DNA of 64,000 nt from Spirochaetales bacterium (GTDB lineage Bacteria > Spirochaetota > Spirochaetia > SZUA-6): positions 2,804 through 66,803 of the forward strand of contig JALUUM010000008.1 of the NCBI GenBank assembly GCA_027021365.1. The letters are read 5' to 3'. Both the position numbers and the translations under genes were made by a program. Within the stretch, counting starts at the first letter, position 1. The number at the start of each line of letters is the position of its first letter. The notes under the pieces are model-generated. The model worked only from the letters and a program-made list of their open reading frames with translations, ran no database searches and had not been told where the DNA came from. Positions 46,348-55,739 of this stretch are shown piece by piece.

Positions 46348-47032
46348 GGCCGTGTATTTTGGAACATTAATCCCCCTTCTTTTTCTCGTTGTAGTGATAC
46401 ACGGGGAATATCGTAAGCTGATACTGTTCTTTGTATGGGGTTTAACTTCTGCAATTATTATTTATCTAATCAATACTCTGATAGACATATACATTGTACC
46501 GGATGAAACACTTCTTTTAACACAGATAATACCACTAATGGAAGAATTTTTAAAAATATTCCCGATCTTTTTCTTGATAAGGAAGAAAGGAAAGGTATAT
46601 CGGTACAATATCATACGTTTTGCAATGGCATCGGGAATAGGCTTTTCTATATTGGAAAACTATCTTTATCTTTCTATCTCTGCTTTTCCAGGAGTGAGAG
46701 GAAGCATTGTTTTTATAATCACCAGAAGTTTAACAGCCAGTCTACTTCATGGTTCAACTACAGCTTTAATCGGTTATGCAGTTCAGATAATGCATAATTA
46801 CAATTTCTTCTCATTTTTTCTTTTACTAGGTATATATCTTTTGGCAGTCTCAATACATTCAACCTATAATCTATTAGGATTAACAAAAGGATTGCAAGTT
46901 GCGGCAATTCTAATTCCAATTGTCCTTTTTATGTTAGAATATTATCTGTTCAATTTTTTTGGTCGGAAAGGTGTTCGACAAAACAGTTTGAGTATTCCTG
47001 TAAAGTCGGAAATTAAAGGCGGTATTAAATGA
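46334..47032 (+). CDS. PrsW-family intramembrane protease-like protein
   Basis: EEFLK (EExxK), GIGFSILENYLY (GFxxxEN) and LLHGSTTALIG motifs within a polytopic membrane protein. Confidence 0.55.
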   Translation: MLMVEAVYFGTLIPLLFLVVVIHGEYRKLILFFVWGLTSAIIIYLINTLIDIYIVPDETLLLTQIIPLMEEFLKIFPIFFLIRKKGKVYRYNIIRFAMASGIGFSILENYLYLSISAFPGVRGSIVFIITRSLTASLLHGSTTALIGYAVQIMHNYNFFSFFLLLGIYLLAVSIHSTYNLLGLTKGLQVAAILIPIVLFMLEYYLFNFFGRKGVRQNSLSIPVKSEIKGGIK

Positions 47033-48864
47033 GCGAGGATTATTATTTTAAAAAAATATTTTATTTGCTCACGGTAGTAATGGGAGCCGTATTATCACTA
47101 TCACTTTCCGGGTGTAAAGAATTGAGTATTGGCATAGAAAAGGTAGAACAGGGTAATATTGTTTTTGTAGATTTTATTAATGCAACGAAAATACGAGGCG
47201 GAAATGAAGGTTTGATAGATTTCGGAGGAAAAACTATCGGAATGGGTGAGAAAGACGTGCAGATTTTAAGAATAAAGAATTCAGGTGCCGGGAATCTTGC
47301 AATTAATAATATGTTTTTTAGAGGGGAAATGTTTAATTTTGTGGAAGGTATCAATCCTGATTTTCCAATTACTATTCCCCCCGGTAAAACTATTGATATT
47401 TATTTAGAGTTCAATCCCCAAAAAGGGGGGGAGGAAAAAGGCCAGTTTTTTATTGACACAGGATCTGCTATCCATGACTTTGATCTTGTCGGCATCGGGC
47501 TGTGGGTGCTTACAATATCGATCCCGAATACCGGAGCTGATAGTAATTGTACAATTGAATCTCCAGGTACAATCAATCCCGGTGAAACAAAAGTTTTTAC
47601 ATCCGAGACAGGTGTTTTTACGCTTAAATGTGTTCCGGACATGCTTTACGAGTTCGTTCAGTGGACAATAGATGGCACTCCGGATGCTTCGCCTGTATTT
47701 GAAAATGTAAATGCAAAAGAAACCACAGTTGTTTTATACAGTCATACTTCGATACACGCTACGATAAACAGTCCTTTCGTTAGGGTGCCGGATGACGAGG
47801 CAAATATCAATACCGCAATATCGACTGCAAGCAGTGCAGGACAATCAGTAGTAATAAGAGCCGGTACTTATGATGTTAACTATGACATAAACCTGCTTCC
47901 CGGAGTACCTGTTTATGGGGGATACAATACCACAGGTACACCCTGGACAGAGAGAAACTACAAAACAGCAGCAGACAGAACAGATTCAACCTACGCAACA
48001 ATTATAAACTTTACTGATACCACATCAAACATAAAATCCGGTGCAGGAATTAACAATGACGTAGTATTCGAAGGGTTTACTGTTCAGCGAAGTTCTGGAA
48101 GCAGCACCCCTCTTATCTCTTTAACTTCTGATACAAAAACTGTTGTCCGATACAATACACTTTTAGGAAATGGCGCCGGTGCCGCTGTAGAATTCAATGG
48201 AGCTTCCGCTTTAATCTCGGATAATGTGATAACAGGCGGAACAGGAGCTGCAGTTTATATTACCAACTATTCTTCTCCCCGTGTTGAAAACAATACCATA
48301 ACAGGCGGAACTAATTCCACCGATTATGAGCTTACTTATGGAATTAAAATATCAGAAAACAGCAACCCTGTAATCTATAAGAATACTGTCTCCGGAGGGA
48401 CTTCCTCCGGGACAGGGGGTCAGGCATACGGGATATCTGCAGATTTTGAATGCGAGCCAGAAATAATTGGCAATACAATAAGTGGCGGTTCAGCAACGGG
48501 GAATGACAGCAAAACGTATGGGATTTATTTGATCAACAATGGGAATGGGACAATCGGATACAACGATATCAACGGAAGCAATGGAAAATCTATGGCCTTC
48601 GCTGTATACGTTGCCTACGGCGGAAATCTCTATCTTGACTACAACAATATTTACACGACAGGCGGTTCTGACAGATACGGTATTTATATTGCTCAGGGGG
48701 GAAGAGTAAGGAGATTACTAAATAATGGGATGTACGATGCTTCTACAGCTCTGGTATTCGATTTTTTTAACGGGTCTTTTGATACGATAGATGATGTAAA
48801 TAACTATTTTCGTACCGACACAAATCTGGGTTATAGAATTGATATAACAATCCCTGTTTATTAA
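47029..48864 (+). CDS. lipoprotein with right-handed parallel beta-helix (pectate-lyase-like PbH1) repeats
   Basis: Lipobox LSLSGC. Many repeats of the type NNxITGGTxxA / VSGGTSSG / ISGGSATG. Confidence 0.6.
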   Translation: MSEDYYFKKIFYLLTVVMGAVLSLSLSGCKELSIGIEKVEQGNIVFVDFINATKIRGGNEGLIDFGGKTIGMGEKDVQILRIKNSGAGNLAINNMFFRGEMFNFVEGINPDFPITIPPGKTIDIYLEFNPQKGGEEKGQFFIDTGSAIHDFDLVGIGLWVLTISIPNTGADSNCTIESPGTINPGETKVFTSETGVFTLKCVPDMLYEFVQWTIDGTPDASPVFENVNAKETTVVLYSHTSIHATINSPFVRVPDDEANINTAISTASSAGQSVVIRAGTYDVNYDINLLPGVPVYGGYNTTGTPWTERNYKTAADRTDSTYATIINFTDTTSNIKSGAGINNDVVFEGFTVQRSSGSSTPLISLTSDTKTVVRYNTLLGNGAGAAVEFNGASALISDNVITGGTGAAVYITNYSSPRVENNTITGGTNSTDYELTYGIKISENSNPVIYKNTVSGGTSSGTGGQAYGISADFECEPEIIGNTISGGSATGNDSKTYGIYLINNGNGTIGYNDINGSNGKSMAFAVYVAYGGNLYLDYNNIYTTGGSDRYGIYIAQGGRVRRLLNNGMYDASTALVFDFFNGSFDTIDDVNNYFRTDTNLGYRIDITIPVY

Positions 48865-48895
48865 TGTGTATTAAGAAAATTATGAAGGTAAATAG

Positions 48896-49903
48896 ATGAA
48901 GAATAAAAAAAATAAAAAACTCCTTTATATATCTTTATTTTCAGCAATTATCATTCTTATCTTAAGTGGATGCCCGAATACTTCTTTCAACGGCCCAATC
49001 CTGGATGGGCCGAGAAATATAATAATTGATGTCGATAACAGGGTTTTTAATTCCCAGGATGCAGCAAATGAGTGGGAAAAAGGCCTTGGGCTGGATAAGA
49101 TTACTTTTACAGTAAATCTTGAAGGTGGGAGTGGGAATGTGGAACAGGAGATGCTGCCTACAGATATAGATTCAACTTATAATTTTACCCAAGTTTCCAT
49201 ACCTATTGAGGGTAAACTCTTAAGCATAAATGCAGTGGGATCTCATGGTACAGATACATTTACTGCCATGATTAATGATGAAAGCATATTTGATGATTAT
49301 GCCGGGTGGGAAGTTTTTGCAAATGTTCTTAAATTTAAGCTCGGTTTTCAGATCAGCGATGATATAGCAAATTCATATTTAGCGTTTTCTATTTGTCCAC
49401 GTGGCGGAAATTCTGTTGTACTTAAATACGACTCGGGTGTTACGGCACCTGCAGATCAACAAACAGATTGGGGAGGCACAGCCCTGTCAAGTAAGCAGAT
49501 TGCCATTGAACCGGTTTTTAATGAGAATCCAACAGGGTTAACATTTGACGTTTATACGCTTGTTGTGGATAAAAACTTGCGTGATCTCTATTTCGGACCA
49601 TTAAACCCGGATAAAGACGGCGGCTACTACCAACACCACCCGTGGAAAGAGATTTGGGAGTACAATGAAATCACCAAGACAGGATTGCAGATTGGTAATA
49701 AAATTTATAGGTTAAAGAAGTACAATACAGATCCGTTATCTGCTGTAGAACCTATGGGGGATGGAGTTGGATATAACTCTTATCTCATCGATCTGACAGC
49801 AGAAACGACAGACCCTGTGGGTAAGTATCTATTAATTGCACTTATCCTAACTTATGAAGGACTTTCTATACCAACAAAGACTGATATTATAGAAATAAAA
49901 TAA
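48896..49903 (+). CDS. lipoprotein, hypothetical (335 aa)
   Basis: Lipobox ILILSGC; no recognised domain. Confidence 0.5.
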   Translation: MKNKKNKKLLYISLFSAIIILILSGCPNTSFNGPILDGPRNIIIDVDNRVFNSQDAANEWEKGLGLDKITFTVNLEGGSGNVEQEMLPTDIDSTYNFTQVSIPIEGKLLSINAVGSHGTDTFTAMINDESIFDDYAGWEVFANVLKFKLGFQISDDIANSYLAFSICPRGGNSVVLKYDSGVTAPADQQTDWGGTALSSKQIAIEPVFNENPTGLTFDVYTLVVDKNLRDLYFGPLNPDKDGGYYQHHPWKEIWEYNEITKTGLQIGNKIYRLKKYNTDPLSAVEPMGDGVGYNSYLIDLTAETTDPVGKYLLIALILTYEGLSIPTKTDIIEIK

Positions 49904-50389
49904 ATAAACTTGTCTGATTCATTGTTACTTGCCAGCTATAGATTCTAATTCTTTGCAAATTAGCCAAAGTTTATTACAATAATCCGCCCAAGAATGTTTC
50001 CTGATACCCTTCCATTCCTGCCAAACACCGTAAGTATGGTGTCTCTTTTATTTGCTCTACCACTTCCTCGTCACTTAATCCTAATTTCTCCTTTATGATC
50101 AATGCTCCCAATGCCATCCGAAATGGCTTGGCAGGTGTCCCCGTAAGATTCTTTTCTGTACATTCTCCTCTACCTGGTGCAAGGTTTTTTTACCATTTTT
50201 CCCCATTTTCCTTGCACTTCAGGGTTAATATTTGTCATATATCTCTTTATCTTGTAAAGCATTGTTGCTTTTTCAGGAAACCCTAGTTAGATTTGAAATG
50301 ACACATCTCTTCTTCGGATCAGATTTCCGATGATTCAACGATAACTCTTTCCTTTAAAGATTGTTTAAATTATCATATAGAAAGCAATC

Positions 50390-51382
50390 ATGAAACGTAG
50401 CATTATCCTGCCAGCTTTCATACTGTCTTACGTCCTCTTCTTAACAATAAACTTCCAGTTAAACGGAGAAGTCCTCGCACCACCCCCCGTTTCAACCTTT
50501 CCCGAAGTACCGGGAACCGGGTTTTTCCCATCGGTAGCAGCCTGGACATATGTAAACCATTACTTTCCAGAATACAGCGACCCGTATCACAACTGGAAAT
50601 ACGAGATTGGAAGCTTTTTCACCTTCTACAGCATGGACTTTGGTAAAAGCCCACCTTCACCTGCAGACGGGAAAAATACTCCAATGACACTGGGAATAGG
50701 CGGTACAGGCAGAGCCATCATAAGGACCCGACTTGCAGAGGATAAGGGACAGTGGTTCTTCTGGCCATATATAATTGTAAACGACCTTAAACTTGTAAGC
50801 TTTTTAAAAGCAGATTTTGCCACATTCAGTCTCTACTTCAGGCACGACTGTAAGCATGACCTGGACACTTCCAGGGTAAGACTGATAATTCATGACATCT
50901 TAGGGGCAGAAATCCGAACATCAACGGCAAGGCTATTCTGGGGAAACTCGCCCGGCAGGATAAGGGCAAAACCCATCCAAGACAAAAGACTTTCCAGCGG
51001 TATTTCAGGCAATCTCATGGCAGAATACACTGTAAGACCGGTCTTCCAGGAGTATCCCAGAGAGATAGACGACTTCACCCTTGCAGGCTCCATGGAACTG
51101 GAGCTCCTTAGAATCCCCAATACGGTTACTATCTTTGCAGAGGGAAGAATTGCAGGAATACTTCGCGAGAGGAACGTGTCCACAGGGGAAAGAGGCTGGG
51201 ATACGGACTGGCTTTTGAGGCTCGGTGTAAGACTACCGACCGCTATAAAAGGCTTTACAATTTACCTGGAAAGGGAACATTTAACCGACGACTGGGTATC
51301 ACAGGGAAGGCAGCCCGTAGACCTCTTTTCCTTCGGACTTGCTGCCAAAATAGAAGCATTTAGCAAAAAAACAGGCCAATAA
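50390..51382 (+). CDS. secreted hypothetical protein (330 aa)
   Basis: Signal-peptide-like N-terminus; aromatic-rich. Confidence 0.45.
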   Translation: MKRSIILPAFILSYVLFLTINFQLNGEVLAPPPVSTFPEVPGTGFFPSVAAWTYVNHYFPEYSDPYHNWKYEIGSFFTFYSMDFGKSPPSPADGKNTPMTLGIGGTGRAIIRTRLAEDKGQWFFWPYIIVNDLKLVSFLKADFATFSLYFRHDCKHDLDTSRVRLIIHDILGAEIRTSTARLFWGNSPGRIRAKPIQDKRLSSGISGNLMAEYTVRPVFQEYPREIDDFTLAGSMELELLRIPNTVTIFAEGRIAGILRERNVSTGERGWDTDWLLRLGVRLPTAIKGFTIYLEREHLTDDWVSQGRQPVDLFSFGLAAKIEAFSKKTGQ

Positions 51383-51391
51383 AATAAATCC

Positions 51392-52567
51392 CTATTTATC
51401 CATGTGAACATCGAGCTGGGGAAAGGGTATCACCACGCCGTTTTCCTTGAAACTTCTCCATATCTCCATATTAATGGCAGACAGTGCATCGAGTTTCTTT
51501 ACAGAATCCGGAATCCAGCTCCACAGTTCAACAAGTATGCCTGAATCCTGAAACTCGGCAATCCTTACACCCGGTTCCGGCCGTTTAAGTACATAATCTG
51601 ATTTCTCTGCAATTTCCAGAAGAAGCTTCTCCACCAGCTCCAGGTCAGCACCGTATGAAACCTGAACCTTATTTACAATTATTATGCGTCTGTCCTTGTA
51701 TGAATAGTTATGTATATTGTTACCCACGAGTTTGCTGTTGGGGACGACTATCGTTTCATTCGTAAGGGTATTTATGATCGTGGATCGCAACCTTATCTGA
51801 ACGACATCCCCCTCCAAACCCGCAACCAGGACCCTGTCTCCCTCCTTAAGGGGGCGCTCGAATATTATCACGAGGCCGGCAAAGAAATTGGCAACGGTAT
51901 CCTGCAGGCCGAAACCGACACCTATACCGAGCACACCGAAAATCACGGCAAGAGAGGAGAGGTTGATCCCTATCAGGGAAAGCCCCACTATCACAACGAT
52001 GGCGAGAACGGTGTAACGCACAAGGGTTGAAATGGAAAACTTCGTCGATTCATCTATCGTTATCCTGTTCAGGAGGGATGAATCGACGAAGTTCTTCGTG
52101 GCACGGGCCATCCATGATGCAATGTAGAATACGGGGACGGCAAGAATCAATGTTACTATGGATATGCTTGTTCCGCCGGAGGAGAAAAAGGGCTGTTTCA
52201 GTACGTTCCATATGCCAAGGAGGTACTTCTGTATCTCCGTTTCGAAGAAGTTTCCTATAAGTATTGCAAGCACGAGCAGCAGGACGAGCCTGAAGAAGAG
52301 CCGGGTATAATGATATATGATACCCTTCGTTTCTTCCTTCAGTTTCTCCGGTTTGTAGATGAGTTTCTTTGAAAAAAACAGTATCAGCTTGTAAGCGAAA
52401 AGTATCCCTACGAGCGGCAGAATAAAGCGCAGGAGAGCCTGAAGCGGTGAAAAGGAAAGTTCTATGTTTCCTACCCTTAGAGGGAGGGTTATCCAGTTCA
52501 TTATACTATCTACCACACTCCTCTTTTCGGCATAATATGGGATAAACTTGTTATTGATATCATGCAT
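51392..52567 (-). CDS. MscS-family small-conductance mechanosensitive channel
   Basis: LGIGVGFGLQDTVANFFAGLVIIFERPLKEGDRV is the MscS TM3/beta-domain signature. Confidence 0.85.
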   Translation of the reverse strand: MHDINNKFIPYYAEKRSVVDSIMNWITLPLRVGNIELSFSPLQALLRFILPLVGILFAYKLILFFSKKLIYKPEKLKEETKGIIYHYTRLFFRLVLLLVLAILIGNFFETEIQKYLLGIWNVLKQPFFSSGGTSISIVTLILAVPVFYIASWMARATKNFVDSSLLNRITIDESTKFSISTLVRYTVLAIVVIVGLSLIGINLSSLAVIFGVLGIGVGFGLQDTVANFFAGLVIIFERPLKEGDRVLVAGLEGDVVQIRLRSTIINTLTNETIVVPNSKLVGNNIHNYSYKDRRIIIVNKVQVSYGADLELVEKLLLEIAEKSDYVLKRPEPGVRIAEFQDSGILVELWSWIPDSVKKLDALSAINMEIWRSFKENGVVIPFPQLDVHMDK

Positions 52568-52714
52568 GTATATCGTGTTATATCACGTTATATCAACGCT
52601 GAGCTTCTCTTTCGGTAACTCCTGTGAAAAATCACCGGGAAAAGATTTTTTAACTTGTTATTCCAAGCAAGAATTGATTATATTTAACTAACCAAAAAAC
52701 AGGAGAGAGACCAG

Positions 52715-53167
52715 ATGGCTATAAACTTGATCGATTATATGAGCCCCAGCAGAGTCATTTTTCCCAAAGCAAAAACAAAAGAGGGCGTTATAGAAGAGCT
52801 CATAGAAGTGGCGGAAAAGGACGGGAAGGTAGAAGACGCTTCGAAAATGAAGAAATACCTCCTCCAGAGGGAAGAAATAGTAAGCACCGGAATCGGATTT
52901 GGTGTAGCCATTCCCCACGTGAAAGTACCGGAGGTGAATGACTTTTTCATAACAATCGGTATCCACAAGGAGGGCGTGGACTGGGGCTCGCTGGACAACA
53001 AGCCGGCTTATATCATCTTCATGATAATAGGCCCCGACAACCAGCAGGAAAAGTACCTGAGGATACTTGCCAAGCTCACCCTTGTAATAAGAAACCCGAA
53101 CAGGCGGGAAAAATTGCAAAAAAGCAATTCACCTGAAGAGGTTCTGGCAATATTCAAAGACCTTTAA
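52715..53167 (+). CDS. PTS EIIA type-2 domain protein (PtsN / EIIA-Ntr-like)
   Basis: 150 aa with GIGFGVAIPHVKV; the His is in the position of the phospho-acceptor. Confidence 0.75.
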   Translation: MAINLIDYMSPSRVIFPKAKTKEGVIEELIEVAEKDGKVEDASKMKKYLLQREEIVSTGIGFGVAIPHVKVPEVNDFFITIGIHKEGVDWGSLDNKPAYIIFMIIGPDNQQEKYLRILAKLTLVIRNPNRREKLQKSNSPEEVLAIFKDL

Positions 53168-53295
53168 TATGATTACGGTATAATTAAGGGATATAATTCG
53201 GACAATTACGGAGCTGATATCGATTCCCGGTAAGAGAGAGACGGGAACAGCCCCGACCAACTATCAATAAAGAAAGAACTCGTGAGGGTATCGTT

Positions 53296-54513
53296 ATGGA
53301 AATAGGGACCCTTGGTTACCTCGCACTTTCCTTAATAGTGATATACGCCACAAAGAAGTTCGTCGACAGGGCATACCTCCCTGCCGTTACAGGCTACGTA
53401 ATAGTGGGAGTCCTTGCCGGAGCTTCGGTTCTCAATTTCATTTCCAAGGACGTGATAGATGATTTCAGCATAGTTTCAGATATAGCTCTTGGCATAATAG
53501 CATTCAGCATAGGAATAGAGCTGAACAGGGAAACACTCTCCAAGCTGGGTAAATCAATAATGTTCATTGCCTTCTTCGAGGGCTTCGGAGCCTTCGTTGT
53601 GGTTACAACGGTTACATACCTCATAGATCCTACAGCCCTATATAGGGCGTTTATCTTCGGCTCCATAGCCTCTGCAACGGCACCGGCGGCAACAGTTTAC
53701 GTAATCCAGCAGTACAAGGCCAGGGGCCCCCTTACCTCCACCATCCTTGCCGTAGTCGGTATAGACGACGCCATAGCCCTTACAATTTACGTCTTTGCAT
53801 CGCTATTCGCATCCAGCATGCTATCCAACGCCGAGCTCTCCGTGGCGAAGCTTATCCTTACGCCGGTAATCAAGATCTCTCTCTCGCTCCTCCTCGGCGG
53901 AGTCGTGGGGTTCTTATACTACGCCATCTTTCGAAAGATCAGGCATACAGACGAACTCTCCATAGGCATTGCGGCTTCCATTCTCCTGGTAATGGCAGTA
54001 GCCGAGCGCTTCGACTTATCCGAGCTCCTCTCCGTTATGACATTGGGAGCATTTCTCGCAAACACCAATCCGATGCTTGCAAACAGGTCACACAAAACGG
54101 TGGAGAATTTCTCGCCAATCTTCCTTCCCCTATTCTTCATGCTTGCCGGTGCAAGGCTCGATGTCACATTGATAGGTAAGATAGGAATCTTAGGATTGAT
54201 ATATACCGCGGCGAGGTTTGCCGGAAAAATCGGAGGGGCCTCACTCGGTGCCATGCTGGGCGGCGCCCCGAGGGTTGTAAAGAAATATGTGGGCTTTTCT
54301 CTTCTTCCGCAGGTGGGGGTTGCAATCGCCCTCTCCCTCGCTGTACAGAAGAAGTTCGGCTCAGGCAAGTACGGACAGGCAGGGATCGAGATGGCAGGTA
54401 TCGTCATAAACCTTCTACTGTTCACCACCATCATCACAGAAATAGTAGGCCCCATTCTAACGAGGATAAGCCTAAGCAGGGCGGGAGAAATAAACCAAGG
54501 AGAGAAAAGATAA
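53296..54513 (+). CDS. cation:proton antiporter (CPA/Kef-type membrane domain)
   Basis: About 12 TM, Gly/Ala-rich helices, 405 aa, no KTN domain. Confidence 0.7.
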   Translation: MEIGTLGYLALSLIVIYATKKFVDRAYLPAVTGYVIVGVLAGASVLNFISKDVIDDFSIVSDIALGIIAFSIGIELNRETLSKLGKSIMFIAFFEGFGAFVVVTTVTYLIDPTALYRAFIFGSIASATAPAATVYVIQQYKARGPLTSTILAVVGIDDAIALTIYVFASLFASSMLSNAELSVAKLILTPVIKISLSLLLGGVVGFLYYAIFRKIRHTDELSIGIAASILLVMAVAERFDLSELLSVMTLGAFLANTNPMLANRSHKTVENFSPIFLPLFFMLAGARLDVTLIGKIGILGLIYTAARFAGKIGGASLGAMLGGAPRVVKKYVGFSLLPQVGVAIALSLAVQKKFGSGKYGQAGIEMAGIVINLLLFTTIITEIVGPILTRISLSRAGEINQGEKR

Positions 54514-54529
54514 GTCAGAGGAGGAAATT

Positions 54530-54874
54530 ATGTATCTGCTTATAATTCAACTGTTCAAGAGCGAGTACAAGGATGATATTTTCCTCGCATTCACAAGTTG
54601 CGGAATCAAGAGAGCCTCCTTCTTCGAGGGTTTCAACCTGGACAAGGTTCTTCAACAGGAATTTTCCCTATTCAGCGGAATAATAAGGACGAAGGAGCAG
54701 AAGGAACGGTACTCCATGCTCATTACCGGGGTTGTCGACAAGAAAGAGAGAGTGGAAGATTTTATAAACGTTCTCAAAGAGGCTGACATCGATATAAAGA
54801 AGGAAGACATCCTGAGAATCGTGCTCATTCCTGCAGCAGTAGTCATAGACAGTGAGCTCTCATACGAGGAATAA
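54530..54874 (+). CDS. hypothetical small protein, possibly PII-like fold (114 aa)
   Basis: Length and beta-alpha-beta pattern (LLIIQLFK...DDIFLAFTSCGIK.ASFFEGF) resemble PII/DUF190-type proteins. Weak. Confidence 0.3.
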   Translation: MYLLIIQLFKSEYKDDIFLAFTSCGIKRASFFEGFNLDKVLQQEFSLFSGIIRTKEQKERYSMLITGVVDKKERVEDFINVLKEADIDIKKEDILRIVLIPAAVVIDSELSYEE

Positions 54875-54875
54875 C

Positions 54876-55688
54876 ATGAAAGCTTCAGATTCCACAGGCT
54901 CTGCAGACTTACAAGCCCGTATTGCCGAGGCGGCAAGTATCATTCTGAAATCTTCACATTTAACGGCATTCACAGGGGCGGGAATATCCGTAGAGAGCGG
55001 TATTCCGCCTTTTCGTGGAGAGAATGGCCTGTGGAGCAAGTACAACCCACAAATACTTGAGATAAATTACTTTCTAAGGCATCCCGAAGAATCCTGGAAG
55101 GTGATACGCAAGATATTCTACGATCACTTCGAGAGGGCAGAACCCAATCCGGCACACAGGATACTTGCGAAGTGGGAACACTCCGGATTATTGAAGGCCA
55201 CGATAACCCAGAACATCGATAACCTTCACTTTCGGGCGGGAAGCAGAAATGTAATCGAGTATCACGGAAACTCGAGGGAACTGACCTGCCTTGAATGTGG
55301 TAAGATTTTCAACGTAGAGGAGGAAGAGCCTGGCACAATATTTAAGACCATGCCGCCCAGGTGCAGTTGCGGCGGTATTCTAAAGCCGCGCTTTGTCTTC
55401 TTCGGAGAAGGGATACCCCCGGAAGCAGCGGTAGGTGCAGAGAGGGAGTCAAAGAAGAGCGATGTAATGCTTGTAATCGGAAGCACGGGGGAGGTTTACC
55501 CTGCAAGCCTCATACCCGCCATGGCAAAAGAGAGTGGCGCATCCATAGTAGAGATAAACACAGAAGCCTCAAACTATACCAATTCTGTAACCGATATTTT
55601 CATAAGGGCAAGGGCTACGAAGGCAATGCTTGCACTGGACGGAATGATAGCGCACGAAATGAAGCCGGGTAATAAAGAAAGTGAGTAA
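54876..55688 (+). CDS. cobB: Sir2-family NAD-dependent protein deacylase (CobB-like)
   Basis: GAGISVESGIPPFRG, TQNIDNLH and Zn-ribbon cysteines CLECG...CSCGG. ATG at 54876 with RBS; the ORF-track start at 54852 overlaps the upstream gene. Confidence 0.8.
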   Translation: MKASDSTGSADLQARIAEAASIILKSSHLTAFTGAGISVESGIPPFRGENGLWSKYNPQILEINYFLRHPEESWKVIRKIFYDHFERAEPNPAHRILAKWEHSGLLKATITQNIDNLHFRAGSRNVIEYHGNSRELTCLECGKIFNVEEEEPGTIFKTMPPRCSCGGILKPRFVFFGEGIPPEAAVGAERESKKSDVMLVIGSTGEVYPASLIPAMAKESGASIVEINTEASNYTNSVTDIFIRARATKAMLALDGMIAHEMKPGNKESE

Positions 55689-55739
55689 TAAAGAAGGCGA
55701 GGGCCCTGGAAAACGAGTCAGAGGAGCAGAGGAGTTAAA

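Noticed and set aside
53919-54455. 178-aa minus-strand ORF
   Set aside because: Antisense to the cation antiporter gene. The Ala/Pro/Thr-rich translation mirrors the Gly/Ala-rich sense helices.
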